Source: Escherichia coli
Lineage (GTDB): Bacteria > Pseudomonadota > Gammaproteobacteria > Enterobacterales > Enterobacteriaceae
Reading direction: 5' to 3' (one strand)
NCBI RefSeq assembly: GCF_009931435.1
Contig: NZ_CP043414.1
DNA length: 64,000 bases
The notes under the pieces were generated by a model. That model was given only the letters and a program-made list of their open reading frames with translations. It was not told the DNA's origin and made no database searches. The translations under genes were made by a program, and so were the position numbers. This document shows positions 45,517 through 59,126 of this stretch, one piece after another; positions within the stretch are counted from its first letter, which is position 1; each line of letters starts with the position of its first letter.

Positions 45517-47976
45517 ATGGACACCGTGAATATTTATCGACTCTCTTTTGTATCCTGCCTGGTCATGGCGATGCCTTCCGCCATGGCGGTTGAATTCAAC
45601 CTGAATGTCCTCGACAAATCGATGCGTGAGCGCATTGATATTTCATTATTAAAGGAAAAAGGTGTCATTGCTCCCGGTGAATATTTTGTCAGCATTGCGG
45701 TAAATAATAACCAAATCAGTAATGGGCAAAAAATTAACTGGCAAAAAAAGGGTGACAATACCATTCCGTGCATCAATGATTTATTGGTCGATAAATTTGG
45801 CTTAAAACCTGAAGTCCGTCAGTCGTTACCCCTGATTAATCAGTGCGTCGATTTTAGCTCCCGACCAGAAATGCTCTTCAATTTTGATCAGGCCAGTCAG
45901 CAACTGAATATCACCATCCCACAGGCCTGGCTGGCGTGGCACTCAGATAACTGGACTCCACCCTCCACATGGAAAGAAGGTGTCCCCGGTGTCCTGATGG
46001 ATTACAACTTGTTTGCCAGCAGCTACCGCCCACAGGATGGCAGCAGCAGCACTAATCTTAACGCCTACGGAACAGCCGGAATTAACGCGGGGGCATGGCG
46101 CTTACGCAGTGACTATCAGTTGAATCAAAATGATGGCGATGATAACCATGAGCAGTCAGGCGAAATATCACGTACCTATCTTTTTCGCCCGCTACCGCAA
46201 TTAGGTTCAAAATTAACCCTCGGCGAAACGGATTTTAGTTCCAATATTTTCGACGGTTTTTCTTATACCGGCGCGGCACTGGCGAGTGACGACCGGATGT
46301 TACCGTGGGAACTGCGCGGCTACGCTCCACAAATTAGCGGTATTGCACAAACCAATGCCACCGTCACCGTGAGTCACTCAGGGCGAGTTATTTACCAGAA
46401 AAAAGTCCCGCCAGGCCCGTTTATCATTGATGATCTGAATCAGTCCGTCCAGGGGACGCTGGATGTCAAAGTGACGGAAGAAGATGGTCGGGTGAACAAT
46501 TTCCAGGTTTCGGCAGCATCGACGCCTTTCCTTACGCGCCAGGGGCAGGTTCGCTATAAACTTGCTGCCGGTCAGCCGCGAACATCTATGTCTCATCAAA
46601 CTGAAAATGAAACCTTTTTTAGCAATGAAGTTTCCTGGGGGATGCTGTCAAATACCTCGCTGTACGGCGGCCTGCTGATTTCGGGTGACGACTACCATTC
46701 TGCCGCAATGGGTATCGGGCAAAATATGCTCTGGCTTGGTGCATTGTCGTTTGATGTCACCTGGGCCAGTAGTCAGTTTGATACTCAGCAGGACGAGCGG
46801 GGCTTAAGTTACCGCTTTAATTACAGCAAACAAGTGGATGCCACTAACAGCACGATTTCGCTCGCCGCTTATCGCTTCTCAGATCGTCATTTTCACAGCT
46901 ACGCCAACTATCTGGATCACAAATACAACGACAACGATGCGCAGGACGAAAAACAGACGATCAGCTTATCCGTGGGGCAACCAATTACCCCACTGAACCT
47001 CAATCTGTACGCCAACCTGCTGCATCAAACCTGGTGGAATGCAGACGCCTCCACGACCGCCAACATCACGGCGGGTTTTAATGTTGATATTGGTAACTGG
47101 AGAGATATCTCGATCTCGACGTCATTCAATACAACCCATTACGAAGATAAAGATCGCGACAACCAGATTTACCTGTCGATTTCGCTTCCCTTCGGTAACG
47201 GTGGTCGGGTCGGTTATGACATGCAAAACAGTAGCCACAGCACCACACACCGCATGTCGTGGAACGATACGCTGGATGAACGAAATAGCTGGGGGATGTC
47301 TGCTGGACTACAATCCGACCGTCCGGACAATGGAGCCCAGGTGAGCGGTAACTATCAGCACCTGAGTTCAGCGGGTGAGTGGGATCTTTCTGGTACTTAT
47401 GCTGCCAATGACTACAGTTCTGTTAGCAGCAGCTGGAGTGGTTCTTTCACGGCGACGCAATATGGTGCAGCCTTCCATCGCCGCAGCTCCACCAATGAAC
47501 CACGCCTGATGGTCAGCACCGATGGCGTGGCAGATATTCCGGTTCAGGGCAATCTCGACTACACCAACCATTTTGGCATTGCAGTGGTACCGCTGGTTTC
47601 CAGTTATCAACCTTCCACCGTGGCCGTGAACATGAACGACTTACCCGACGGCGTGACGGTGACAGAAAACGTCATCAAAGAAACGTGGATTGAAGGCGCA
47701 ATAGGTTACAAATCACTGGCATCCCGTTCCGGTAAAGACATTAACGTCATCATTCGCAACGCCAGCGGTCAGTTCCCTCCCCTCGGTGCGGATATCCGTC
47801 AGGATGGCAGCAGCATTAGCGTGGGGATGGTTGGCGAGGAAGGACACGCCTGGTTAAGCGGAGTCGCTGAGAATCAAAAGTTTACCGTGGTCTGGGGTGA
47901 TAGTCAGCGTTGCTCGATCCATCTTCCTGAACATATGGAAGACACCGCAAATCGCCTGATTTTACCTTGTCATTAA
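45517..47976 (+). CDS. ybgQ: Fimbrial outer-membrane usher
   Basis: About 819 aa from MDTVNIYRL with signal peptide; typical usher size; track ORF starts at 45439. Confidence 0.85.
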   Translation: MDTVNIYRLSFVSCLVMAMPSAMAVEFNLNVLDKSMRERIDISLLKEKGVIAPGEYFVSIAVNNNQISNGQKINWQKKGDNTIPCINDLLVDKFGLKPEVRQSLPLINQCVDFSSRPEMLFNFDQASQQLNITIPQAWLAWHSDNWTPPSTWKEGVPGVLMDYNLFASSYRPQDGSSSTNLNAYGTAGINAGAWRLRSDYQLNQNDGDDNHEQSGEISRTYLFRPLPQLGSKLTLGETDFSSNIFDGFSYTGAALASDDRMLPWELRGYAPQISGIAQTNATVTVSHSGRVIYQKKVPPGPFIIDDLNQSVQGTLDVKVTEEDGRVNNFQVSAASTPFLTRQGQVRYKLAAGQPRTSMSHQTENETFFSNEVSWGMLSNTSLYGGLLISGDDYHSAAMGIGQNMLWLGALSFDVTWASSQFDTQQDERGLSYRFNYSKQVDATNSTISLAAYRFSDRHFHSYANYLDHKYNDNDAQDEKQTISLSVGQPITPLNLNLYANLLHQTWWNADASTTANITAGFNVDIGNWRDISISTSFNTTHYEDKDRDNQIYLSISLPFGNGGRVGYDMQNSSHSTTHRMSWNDTLDERNSWGMSAGLQSDRPDNGAQVSGNYQHLSSAGEWDLSGTYAANDYSSVSSSWSGSFTATQYGAAFHRRSSTNEPRLMVSTDGVADIPVQGNLDYTNHFGIAVVPLVSSYQPSTVAVNMNDLPDGVTVTENVIKETWIEGAIGYKSLASRSGKDINVIIRNASGQFPPLGADIRQDGSSISVGMVGEEGHAWLSGVAENQKFTVVWGDSQRCSIHLPEHMEDTANRLILPCH

Positions 47977-47990
47977 TTAAGGAAATGAAA

Positions 47991-48722
47991 ATGACATTTA
48001 TGAAAGGACTTCCCCTTTTGTTGTTGGTTACCAGTCTGTGTAGCCACGCTGCACTACAACCCGATCGCACTCGCATTGTGTTTAACGCTAATGATAAAGC
48101 CACCAGCCTGCGAGTAGATAATCGTAGCGATAAACTCCCCTACCTCGCTTATTCCTGGCTCGAAAATGAAAAAGGGGAGAAAAGCGACGATCTTCTGGTC
48201 GCCCTGCCACCGATACAACGTCTGGAACCGAAAGCAACAACGCAGGTGCGGATAGTCAAGCAAGCCTCGACCGCGAAATTACCGGGCGATCGCGAAACGC
48301 TATTTTTCTACAATATGCGTGAAATTCCTCCCGCCCCGGAAAAAAACAGCGACCATGCCGTTCTGCAAGTCGCCATCCAGAGCCGTATCAAGGTGTTCTG
48401 GCGACCGTCTGCATTACGCAAGAAAGCAGGAGAAAAGGTCGAACTGCAGTTACAGGTCAGCCAGCAGGGCAATCAGCTTAGCTTAAAAAACCCTACTGGC
48501 TATTATCTGACCATCGCGTATCTTGGGCGAAATGAGCAAAGCGTTCTCCCGGGCTTCAAAACTGTGATGATTGCGCCTTTTAGTACAGTAAGCACAACCA
48601 CTGGAAATTATAGTGGCAGCCAGTTTTATCTCGGTTATATGGATGATTATGGCGCATTACGCATGACAACGCTCAACTGTAACGGGCAATGCCGTTTACA
48701 GGCTGTGGAGGCGAAGAAATGA
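47991..48722 (+). CDS. ybgP: Fimbrial periplasmic chaperone (PapD-like)
   Basis: About 243 aa with signal peptide; AAGGA RBS before 47991. Confidence 0.85.
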   Translation: MTFMKGLPLLLLVTSLCSHAALQPDRTRIVFNANDKATSLRVDNRSDKLPYLAYSWLENEKGEKSDDLLVALPPIQRLEPKATTQVRIVKQASTAKLPGDRETLFFYNMREIPPAPEKNSDHAVLQVAIQSRIKVFWRPSALRKKAGEKVELQLQVSQQGNQLSLKNPTGYYLTIAYLGRNEQSVLPGFKTVMIAPFSTVSTTTGNYSGSQFYLGYMDDYGALRMTTLNCNGQCRLQAVEAKK

Positions 48723-49780
48723 GTGCTGGCAAGGGATTGTTGCTCATCATCTGTCTGTTATTTCTACCGTTAAAATCTGCGCTTGCCCTGAACTGTTACT
48801 TTGGTTCATCCGGTGGTTCGGTAGAAAAATCGGAATCTATTCAACCATTTGCTGTACCAGGGAATGCCAAACCCGGCGATAAGATCTGGGAGTCTGACGA
48901 TATTAAAATTCCCGTCTATTGTGACAACAATACCAACGGCAACTTTGAGAGCGAGCATGTCTACGCCTGGGTAAACCCGTACCCGGGAATTCAGGATCGC
49001 TATTATCAACTCGGCGTAACTTACAATGGTGTTGATTATGATGCTAACCAGGGAAAAAGCCGCATCGACACTAACCAGTGCATCGACAGCAAAAACATTA
49101 ATATTTATACCCCTGAGCAGATCATCGCGATGGGATGGCAGAACAAAATTTGCTCTGGTGATCCCAATAATATTCATATGTCGCGTACGTTTCTCGCTCG
49201 CATGCGGTTATACGTCAAGATACGAGAGATACCGCCGCATGATTATCAAAGCACGCTCAGCGATTACATTGTGGTGCAATTTGATGGCGAAGGAAGCGTT
49301 AATGAGGACCCTACCGCCCAAAACCTGAAATATCATATTACCGGTCTGGAAAACATTCGGGTATTGGATTGCAGCGTCAATTTTTCTATTACCCCAGCCA
49401 ACCAGGTCATTGATTTTGGTAAATTTAATGTACTGGATATCCGGCGACACAACATGACAAAAACATTCGGTATTAAAACGACAAAATCACAAAACGATCA
49501 ATGTACCGACGGATTCAAAGTCAGCTCCTCGTTTTATACCGAAGAAACGTTGGTTGAAGAAGATAAAGCATTGCTGATTGGTAATGGTCTGAAGCTACGT
49601 TTACTGGATGAAAACGCCTCGCCCTATACCTTCAACAAATACAGCGAATATGCCGACTTCACCAGTGACATGCTGATCTACGAAAAAACCTATACGGCTG
49701 AACTTTCGTCTATTCCCGGCACTCCCATTGAGGCTGGCTCCTTCGATACCGTGGTGCTTTTTAAGATTAACTATAACTAA
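48719..49780 (+). CDS. ybgO: Fimbrial adhesin-like protein
   Basis: 353 aa from [23 protein letters not shown]; last gene of the fimbrial operon; start overlaps the chaperone stop. Confidence 0.75.
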   Translation: MSAGKGLLLIICLLFLPLKSALALNCYFGSSGGSVEKSESIQPFAVPGNAKPGDKIWESDDIKIPVYCDNNTNGNFESEHVYAWVNPYPGIQDRYYQLGVTYNGVDYDANQGKSRIDTNQCIDSKNINIYTPEQIIAMGWQNKICSGDPNNIHMSRTFLARMRLYVKIREIPPHDYQSTLSDYIVVQFDGEGSVNEDPTAQNLKYHITGLENIRVLDCSVNFSITPANQVIDFGKFNVLDIRRHNMTKTFGIKTTKSQNDQCTDGFKVSSSFYTEETLVEEDKALLIGNGLKLRLLDENASPYTFNKYSEYADFTSDMLIYEKTYTAELSSIPGTPIEAGSFDTVVLFKINYN

Positions 49781-49788
49781 TTTCCCAT

Positions 49789-49822
49789 GATGCCCTTTGC
49801 AACCGAAAGGGCATCTCTTTCA
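49789..49822 (+). terminator. Hairpin terminator after the fimbrial operon
   Basis: gatgcccttt-gcaaccg-aaagggcatc stem-loop followed by tctttc. Confidence 0.5.
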
Positions 49823-49930
49823 GAAAATTGCTGATTTTCCCCTTTTCCTTGATTGCTGTTATTTTTTCCTGGCCCGGCTTTCTTTATGCTGTATCGATAC
49901 ACCAAAGAGAAAATAATGAGGAAGCGAAGG

Positions 49931-50977
49931 ATGCCAGTTTTGCAGTGGGGAATGTTATGTGTGCTTTCACTTCTCCTTTCTATTGGCTTCCTCGCGGTAC
50001 ATCTTCCGGCGGCACTATTACTTGGGCCAATGATCGCCGGAATCATCTTTAGTATGCGCGGAATTACTCTGCAACTTCCCCGATCCGCTTTTCTCGCCGC
50101 CCAAGCCATTCTTGGTTGCATGATTGCGCAAAACCTCACTGGTTCGATTCTCACCACGCTAGCCGTTAACTGGCCGATTGTGCTAGCCATTTTACTCGTG
50201 ACGCTGCTTTCCAGTGCCATCGTGGGCTGGTTACTGGTGCGCTATAGCTCACTGCCTGGAAATACCGGTGCCTGGGGTTCTTCGCCAGGCGGCGCGGCTG
50301 CGATGGTTGCTATGGCACAGGATTACGGCGCAGATATTCGTCTGGTGGCGTTTATGCAATACCTACGAGTGCTGTTCGTCGCGGGGGCGGCGGTACTGGT
50401 TACGCGGATGATGTTGGGTGATAACGCTGAAGCGGTTAACCAGCAGATCGTCTGGTTCCCGCCAATGAGCATTAATCTCCTGCTTACGATTTTGCTCGCG
50501 GTCGTTGCCGGTACGGCGGGATGCTTGCTACGTCTTCCTTCCGGCACGATGCTCATCCCGATGCTGGCAGGCGCGCTGCTCCAGTCTGGTGAGTACATAA
50601 CCATCGAACTACCGGAATGGCTTCTGGCGATAGCCTATATGGCAATTGGCTGGCGGATTGGTCTTGGTTTCGATAAACAAATATTACTGCGAGCATTGCG
50701 TCCACTGCCACAAATCCTGCTGTCGATTTTTGCTCTGCTGGCTATTTGTGCGGGTATGGCGTGGGGGCTGACCCGGTTTATGCATATTGATTTTATGACT
50801 GCCTACCTCGCCACCAGTCCCGGCGGGCTTGATACCGTGGCGGTCATCGCCGCAGGGAGCAATGCCGATATGGCGCTTATTATGGCGATGCAAACCCTAC
50901 GCCTGTTCAGTATTTTGCTGACGGGGCCAGCCATTGCGCGGTTTATTTCAACCTATGCGCCGAAGCGGTCGGCCTAG
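49931..50977 (+). CDS. abrB: AbrB-family membrane protein (putative regulator of aidB)
   Basis: 348 aa from [14 protein letters not shown], polytopic; track ORF starts at 49853. Confidence 0.8.
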   Translation: MPVLQWGMLCVLSLLLSIGFLAVHLPAALLLGPMIAGIIFSMRGITLQLPRSAFLAAQAILGCMIAQNLTGSILTTLAVNWPIVLAILLVTLLSSAIVGWLLVRYSSLPGNTGAWGSSPGGAAAMVAMAQDYGADIRLVAFMQYLRVLFVAGAAVLVTRMMLGDNAEAVNQQIVWFPPMSINLLLTILLAVVAGTAGCLLRLPSGTMLIPMLAGALLQSGEYITIELPEWLLAIAYMAIGWRIGLGFDKQILLRALRPLPQILLSIFALLAICAGMAWGLTRFMHIDFMTAYLATSPGGLDTVAVIAAGSNADMALIMAMQTLRLFSILLTGPAIARFISTYAPKRSA

Positions 50978-51765
50978 TGCTGGCAGCCTGGACACCAGTA
51001 AAACGGGCGCGAGGACAACGTGGTTTTCTCAATGATGCTGCCACAACGTTCGCACGGTTCGCCATCACGATGAAAAACCTTAAAGCGAAACAGCGCCCCA
51101 TGATGTTTATTCTCATCCACCTGCCCCCGCGTAGCGTAAGAAAGTCGAGGAATCTCCAGTAACGCGTGTGCGAGTGCATCCAGTTGCGCCGCATTGAGAT
51201 CTTTCGCTTTATGATTGCCGGTTAACCCCACCTGCCAGAGGATCTCCACCCGCAAATAATTGCCAAGCCCAGCCAGAAACGCCTGATCGAGTAGTAATCC
51301 AGCAAACTGACGGTTACGAAAGCGCGGCGACAATAACCGTTCTTTCACCATTTCCGGCGTCAGATTCGGGTCGAGTACATCGGGGCCAACGCGTTGTAAA
51401 AACGGATGCGTGGTCAGTTGTTCCGGAGTCAACATCTCAATATCCGAGGCGCTATAAAGTAGAATGGTTTTGTCGACAGTTTGCAGTTTTACCCGCAATA
51501 CTCGCGTGGTCTGCGGCTCTTCGCCGGTATCAACCACGCGCCAGACGCCGTAAAGCTGATTATGGCTGTAGAGCGTTAACCCGTTGGAAAAATGAGTTAA
51601 CAACGCCTTACCTCGCGTTTCCACATGGGTAACGTGTTGACCGATAAGTTGTGATTGATAAGGTTTTAACTGCGGGAAGGCAAACCAGACATCAGTTAGA
51701 GGTTTGCCTTTGATCGCCGCCTCCAGGTTATCCGCTGCACGGCGGATCTCCGGGCCTTCAGGCAT
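50974..51765 (-). CDS. nei: Endonuclease VIII (Fpg/Nei DNA glycosylase)
   Basis: 263 aa, [23 protein letters not shown].. (N-terminal PEGPEI) and C-terminal zinc finger [25 protein letters not shown]. Confidence 0.95.
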   Translation of the reverse strand: MPEGPEIRRAADNLEAAIKGKPLTDVWFAFPQLKPYQSQLIGQHVTHVETRGKALLTHFSNGLTLYSHNQLYGVWRVVDTGEEPQTTRVLRVKLQTVDKTILLYSASDIEMLTPEQLTTHPFLQRVGPDVLDPNLTPEMVKERLLSPRFRNRQFAGLLLDQAFLAGLGNYLRVEILWQVGLTGNHKAKDLNAAQLDALAHALLEIPRLSYATRGQVDENKHHGALFRFKVFHRDGEPCERCGSIIEKTTLSSRPFYWCPGCQH

Positions 51766-51800
51766 GGTGATATCCTTTTTTCATTCTTTATTAAGCGGGG

Positions 51801-52535
51801 TTATGCTGCGACAACAATCCCCTTTTCGGCAAATGTAGAGCGTAGTCGGCGGGCGAACGCCAGTGCGTGTTCTCCATCGCCATGCAGGCAGACCGTTTGC
51901 GCCGTGACCGTTGCCCATTCGCCGTTGATACTTTTGACTCTGCCGTGTTGCACCATCTCCAGCGTCTGCGCCAGCGCCTGTTCTTCGTTTTCAATCAACG
52001 CGCCAGGCTGACTTCGCGGTACCAGTGAGCCGTCAGCCTGATATCCGCGATCGGCAAATACTTCCTCGCGCGTTGTCAGGCCATATTGCTTGCCTGCACG
52101 AATCAGCTCGCTTCCCGCCAGCCCAACGAGAATCAACGCCGGATCGCAAGCGTAAACTGCTCTGGCAATGGCGTCTGCCAGTTGTGCCTCTTTCGCCGCC
52201 TGGTTGTATAACATGCCGTGCGGTTTGACGTGACGCATCACGCCGCCTTGCGCGCGAGCAATAGCGGCCAGCGCACCAATTTGATACAGCGTTTGGGCGT
52301 AAACGGTTTCCGGCGGCAATTGCATGGCGCTACGGCCAAAATGTTCCCTGTCCGGAAAGCTCGGGTGAGCGCCAATGGCGACACCATTTTGTATGGCGTC
52401 ACGCACACAAGCCTGCATGGTTTGTGCATCGCCTGCATGAAATCCACAGGCAATATTGGCAGAGGAAACCAGCGTTAATAGCTCTGCGTCGCTGGCACAG
52501 CCTTCGCCCAGATCGGCGTTCAGGTCAATTTTCAT
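51801..52535 (-). CDS. pxpA: 5-Oxoprolinase subunit A (LamB/YcsF family)
   Basis: 244 aa, [20 protein letters not shown]. Confidence 0.9.
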   Translation of the reverse strand: MKIDLNADLGEGCASDAELLTLVSSANIACGFHAGDAQTMQACVRDAIQNGVAIGAHPSFPDREHFGRSAMQLPPETVYAQTLYQIGALAAIARAQGGVMRHVKPHGMLYNQAAKEAQLADAIARAVYACDPALILVGLAGSELIRAGKQYGLTTREEVFADRGYQADGSLVPRSQPGALIENEEQALAQTLEMVQHGRVKSINGEWATVTAQTVCLHGDGEHALAFARRLRSTFAEKGIVVAA

Positions 52536-53457
52536 TGTGCAGCCGCCACGCTAATTGTTCGAAATAACGTTGCTGATCTTGCCGCGCTTTCAGTGCCTCT
52601 TCCAGTGAACACTGGACAAAATGAATCGGCTGACCGAGCGGAATTTGCGCCAGATGGTACATATCAGCCTCAATGATACAGGCAATACGCGGATAACCAC
52701 CGGTGGTCTGTGCGTCGTTCATCAATACAATCGGCTGGCCGTTATGCGGCACCTGCACCACGCCCGGCAACAAACCATGAGATAACAGTTCGCGATCGGT
52801 GGTGCGTTTTAAAATTTGCCCCTGTAAGCGATAGCCCATACGGTTACTTTGCGGACTAAGCTGCCACGGCGAACGCCAGAATGCATCCTGCGAGGCGCGA
52901 TCGAACTCATGATATTCCGGCCCCGGCAAGGCGCGAATGCGGTTGCCCCACAGCAGCTGTTTAACGCCCTGCGCTTCCATAAAATCACGCTTCGATTTAC
53001 CCATCGGGAGTCGGTCACCATCCTTCAGTAAACGGCCTTCCAGCCCACCAATCCCCACTTTGAGATCGGTACTGCATGACCCCATTACCGGCGGAACATC
53101 AATACCACCCGCGACCGCCAGATAACTGCGCATCCCGTGCTGCGGGCGTTTAAGCGTTAAACGCTGGCCTGCTTTCATCGGCAATCGCCAGCCAGTCCAG
53201 ACGGCATTATCATCCAGCCGCGCTTCGCAACCTGCCCCCGTCAGGGCAAACCAACCATCAGTTTCGAACTCTACCGTTAACTGACCGAGCGTTATCTCCA
53301 GCGCGGGGGCATTGGCGTCATTACCCACCAGCAGGTTAGCAATGCGTAACGCAGGCATATCCAGTGCGCCGCAGTGGCTGATACCCGACTGGCGAAAACC
53401 GTGACGACCGCCATCCTGCACAGTGGTATACATGCCCGCACGAATAATCTTCAGCAT
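52525..53457 (-). CDS. pxpC: 5-Oxoprolinase subunit C (allophanate hydrolase subunit 2-like)
   Basis: 310 aa; overlaps the pxpA start. Confidence 0.85.
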
Positions 53458-54107
53458 ACTCCCTCCTTCTGCGGTACAAAGCGCACGCTGTCTCCCGGAC
53501 GTAATAAGATGGGTTCGTCACGCGCCGGATCAAACAGGCTGAGTGAGGTATGACCAATCAACTGCCAGCCGCCCGGCGTTGCCAGCGGATAAACACCGGT
53601 CTGCGGCCCGCCGATCCCGACAGAACCTGCCGGAACGAGCAAGCGCGGTTCAGCGCGCCGTGGCGTGTGTAGTTGTTCCGGCAAACTCCCGAGATACGGG
53701 AAGCCCGGTTGAAAACCTAAAAACCAGACCACGTATTCCACAGAGGAGTGCAATTCAACAACCTGTTTTTCGCTCAATCCACAATGCGCCGCGACCACCG
53801 CCAAATCCGGTCCGCCTGCGCCACCGTAAACTACCGGAATTTCAATAAAACGAGACTCCGGCTCCAGCGCCTCACTCTCCTCCCACCAGCGTTGCAAACG
53901 CTCTATGGCATCCAGCGCCAGCGACTCAGGATTACGCAAAATCACCGTGATATTGTTCATGCCGGGAATGGCTTCAACCACATTCGGCATATCCACCAGA
54001 CGCTGCGCCAGTCGCCAGATCCGTTTCTGGCTAGCCAGCGTCACCGGCGGTTCCAGTTCCAGCACTACCGCCGTTTCACCTATCAGATAACAACGCGCTC
54101 GTTGCAC
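53451..54107 (-). CDS. pxpB: 5-Oxoprolinase subunit B (allophanate hydrolase subunit 1-like)
   Basis: 218 aa; overlaps the pxpC start. Confidence 0.85.
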
Positions 54108-54129
54108 TTTCGATCCCTCTGATTATTCG

Positions 54130-54873
54130 TTATGCAGGATTAGGAATATCAATAAAGGTCACATCAAGATCGGTATTTTCATTCAGCCACTCACTCAATG
54201 CGCGAATACCACCGCGTTCAGTGGCATGGTGACCCGCAGCATAAAAATGCAATCCCTGCTCGCGGGCTGAATGAATGGTCTGTTCAGAAACTTCGCCAGT
54301 AATAAAAGCATCCACGCCAAAACGCGCGGCGCTATCGATAAAACTTTGCCCGCCGCCCGTGCACCAGGCAACGCGCTGAATCACCTCAGGTCCGGTATCT
54401 CCACACCATAACGGCTTACGTCCCAGACGCGCTTCAATCCAGGAGGCTAGTTCCAGTCCCGGCACAGGCATGGTCAGCTCGCCCCACGGCACCAACGGCT
54501 CAATTTCGCCCATGACCGTGATCCCCAGTAACGCCGCCAGCTGTGCGTTATTGCCCAGCTCAGGATGTGCGTCAAGCGGCAAATGCCAGCCATACAGGTT
54601 GATATCATTCGCCAGCAAGGTTTTTAAACGGTTACGCTTCATGCCGCGAATGACCGGAGATTCGCCTTTCCAGAAGTAGCCATGATGCACAATGACCGCA
54701 TCCGCGCCCAGACGCACTGCCTCATCGAGCAAAGCCTGGCTGGCGGTGACACCGGTAACAATTTTTTGCACCGTCTCTTTGCCTTCCACCTGCAAACCAT
54801 TCGGCGCGTAATCACTAATCGCCGCGCTGTTCAGTTTTTCGTTAATCAGTTGTTCCAGTTCGGTGTTTTTCAT
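54130..54873 (-). CDS. ybgI: Nif3/YbgI-family metal-binding protein
   Basis: 247 aa; heads the ybgI-pxpBCA gene string. Confidence 0.85.
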   Translation of the reverse strand: MKNTELEQLINEKLNSAAISDYAPNGLQVEGKETVQKIVTGVTASQALLDEAVRLGADAVIVHHGYFWKGESPVIRGMKRNRLKTLLANDINLYGWHLPLDAHPELGNNAQLAALLGITVMGEIEPLVPWGELTMPVPGLELASWIEARLGRKPLWCGDTGPEVIQRVAWCTGGGQSFIDSAARFGVDAFITGEVSEQTIHSAREQGLHFYAAGHHATERGGIRALSEWLNENTDLDVTFIDIPNPA

Positions 54874-54960
54874 CTTCGCGCCTTCCGTATTCTGATAGCT
54901 ACACCGTTAACATAGCGTTACCTCGCCTGTTCGTCGATAGCCAATCTTTTGACATATTAA

Positions 54961-56625
<1,665 letters not shown>

Positions 56626-56640
56626 CAGGCCAGCACCGAT

Positions 56641-56673
56641 GCCTGATAAGACGCTTAATGCGTTTTATCAGGC
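56641..56673. repeat. REP-like palindrome between convergent dtpD and phr (probable bidirectional terminator)
   Basis: gcctgataagacgc-ttaatg-cgttttatcaggc. Confidence 0.6.
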
Positions 56674-58086
56674 ACCTTTCTTCGCTTCTTCATACGCTGC
56701 CAGCGTTCGCAGCCTTGCCTCTTTGTGGTCAACTATCGGTTGCGGATAATCCAGCTTCACACCTGCTTTCTCTGCCCACTTCCACGGTTCATGCACCGCT
56801 TTCCCTGGTACATCGCGCAACTCTGGTAGCCACCGGCGAATAAACTCGCCCTCGCGGTCAAATTTCTCGCCCTGGGTTGTCGGGTTGAAAATACGAAAAT
56901 ACGGCGCTGCATCAGTACCCGTAGAAGCCGCCCACTGCCAGCCACCGTTATTGGCTGCCAAATCACCATCAATCAGCTGCGACATGAAATACCGCTCGCC
57001 TTCGCGCCAGTCGATCAACAAATCTTTCACCAAAAAGCTTGCTGTAATCATCCGTAGCCGATTATGCATCCAGCCAGTGCTGTTAAGCTGACGCATGGCC
57101 GCATCAACAATCGGGTATCCCGTTTTGCCTTCCTGCCAGGCCTTTAAATGCGCGGGATTACTTTGCCACTGTACGCGATCGGTCCAGGCAATAAAGGGGC
57201 GATGCTTACACAGTGACGGGTGATACGTCATCAAATGACGGTAGAACTCGCGCCAGATCAGCTCATTAAGCCAGACGCTACCAGCCCCGCCATCCAGCGC
57301 ATGCGGCTGTTCCGCCAACAGGCGATGCAGACACTGGCGAGGCGATAACCTACCCGTTGCAAGGCTTGCAGACAAACGGCTGGTGCCTTCCACTGCCGGA
57401 AAATCACGCTGCTGATCGTACTGACTCGCACCGTTCTGGCAAAACTGGCGTAATTGCGCAATCGCCGCTTTTTCTTCCACCGGGAAATGCGCGGTATCGA
57501 ATGACTGACGAGGGTAATTCAGCGTAATAGATGGCGCGGGATCTAATGATCCGCTACTCCGAACTTTTGGCGCAGCGACGCACTCCGGCATCCCTTCCCG
57601 CAGCCGTTTCAGCCAGGCGTTTTTAAATGGCGTAAAGACTTTGTACATCTCATGATTGCCAGTCATCACCGCCCCCGGCGGCAGGATCACGCTGTCATCA
57701 AATCCTTCACACACCACGTTACGCAGCGTTCTCTCAACCTGCACATCCCGCGCCCGCTCATTCACCTCATACTGATAGTTATAAAACAGATGGGTAACAC
57801 GGTTTTCCGCGCACACCTGTTTAACTATTTCGACGCTGGCGGCAAAGTCATCCACTTCATGAAACAGCAAAGGAATGCCTTTTTCCGCCAGCGCGATTTG
57901 TAGCCCGTTCAGTTGTGCATTGATAAATTCAGCCTGACGCGGCGACATATTATGCGCCGCCCACTGGCGTGGTGTAGCGATATACAACGCCAGCACGCGT
58001 GCAGACGAATTGCGGCAGGCGGCAGCAAGCGCGAGATTGTCGTGCAGACGTAAATCCTGGCGAAACCAGACCAGATGGGTAGTCAT
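56668..58086 (-). CDS. phr: Deoxyribodipyrimidine photolyase
   Basis: 472 aa, MTTHLVWFRQDLRLHDNLALAAA.. plus FAD-binding C-terminal domain. Confidence 0.95.
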   Translation of the reverse strand: MTTHLVWFRQDLRLHDNLALAAACRNSSARVLALYIATPRQWAAHNMSPRQAEFINAQLNGLQIALAEKGIPLLFHEVDDFAASVEIVKQVCAENRVTHLFYNYQYEVNERARDVQVERTLRNVVCEGFDDSVILPPGAVMTGNHEMYKVFTPFKNAWLKRLREGMPECVAAPKVRSSGSLDPAPSITLNYPRQSFDTAHFPVEEKAAIAQLRQFCQNGASQYDQQRDFPAVEGTSRLSASLATGRLSPRQCLHRLLAEQPHALDGGAGSVWLNELIWREFYRHLMTYHPSLCKHRPFIAWTDRVQWQSNPAHLKAWQEGKTGYPIVDAAMRQLNSTGWMHNRLRMITASFLVKDLLIDWREGERYFMSQLIDGDLAANNGGWQWAASTGTDAAPYFRIFNPTTQGEKFDREGEFIRRWLPELRDVPGKAVHEPWKWAEKAGVKLDYPQPIVDHKEARLRTLAAYEEAKKGA

Positions 58087-58592
58087 AAAACTCCTGCATG
58101 GCGCAAGTTAATCACCCGCGGCCAAAGTTCGAAATAACGCTGCTCTGAAAGCCAGGCGTCAGGATAAAGCGCCATATAGTGTTTGATACGCATCAGCGGC
58201 GCAAGAAGCGGTTGCTCGCCACGGCGATAACTGTCGATAAGCGCCGCCAGCTGCTGGCGTTCTGTGGAATCAATATGTGGGCGAAAATAACCCTGAACGT
58301 GCATCAAAACGTTGGTGTGATCGCGCGGGTTGGCGGGATGAGAAAGCAAAACAATTACGCGTTGGCGGTACTGGTTGTAATAGTCACCCAGATTTTGCCA
58401 CTGGTGAATATCAGCCACAAACGGGCCAAGTTTGCGGTATTCCGGCTGGGAATGAGCCAGAAAGACGAGTTTATAGCGGCTGTGATAATCGAGAAGCGCC
58501 CCGCGCGTTAAGCCTCGCTCTTTAAGACGGTGTAACTCATGCAAAGCAAAAATGCGGATAAGGGTGCTGTCATCAAAAAGTTGTTGATTCAT
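58083..58592 (-). CDS. ybgA: DUF1722-family protein YbgA (co-transcribed with phr)
   Basis: 169-aa ORF whose stop overlaps the phr start. Confidence 0.85.
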   Translation of the reverse strand: MNQQLFDDSTLIRIFALHELHRLKERGLTRGALLDYHSRYKLVFLAHSQPEYRKLGPFVADIHQWQNLGDYYNQYRQRVIVLLSHPANPRDHTNVLMHVQGYFRPHIDSTERQQLAALIDSYRRGEQPLLAPLMRIKHYMALYPDAWLSEQRYFELWPRVINLRHAGVL

Positions 58593-58676
58593 TACTACTC
58601 CTGGGCGGTTTACAGGAGTAAGTGTAGACGGCGGTACTGAAAAAACGAAACGAATAAATGATAACAGTAAAAAAAT

Positions 58677-59126
58677 TCAATTATTCATAATAAATTTCAT
58701 GGTGGCAAGAAATAGTTTCTTTTCTTCATCACTCATGGCAGCAACGTTTAACATGTTGTCATCAAAATTATTGATGATATTTTTTAATTTCAGTAACTGC
58801 AAAGGAGAAAAATAGTCACTCCCGATGAGATTACTCAATACCAGCAATAGCTCCCCATCATATAAATAGCCCACCATAAGATTAATCTCTATCATCTCAA
58901 TTGCTTTTTGTACAGCAAGCGCCGGTAAGATATTCTGACGAAGCATTTTGGCAATATCATTTTCATCCAGTTCATCGGGTGTTTTATCTAATAAAGAATT
59001 ATACCAGTTTATTAAACCACTTTTGAAAGCGAACGAATCATATTGCAGGTGATAAATCTGTTTTAGGGTTTCTTTATTTTTCAATTTATAGTGCCTTTGT
59101 TTGCTATAATTTTTCTGAAATAACAT
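58677..59126 (-). CDS. Hypothetical protein (149 aa), AT-rich; candidate immunity protein
   Basis: ORF whose start overlaps the stop of the upstream 155-aa ORF (TGATG); low-GC composition. Confidence 0.45.
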   Translation of the reverse strand: MLFQKNYSKQRHYKLKNKETLKQIYHLQYDSFAFKSGLINWYNSLLDKTPDELDENDIAKMLRQNILPALAVQKAIEMIEINLMVGYLYDGELLLVLSNLIGSDYFSPLQLLKLKNIINNFDDNMLNVAAMSDEEKKLFLATMKFIMNN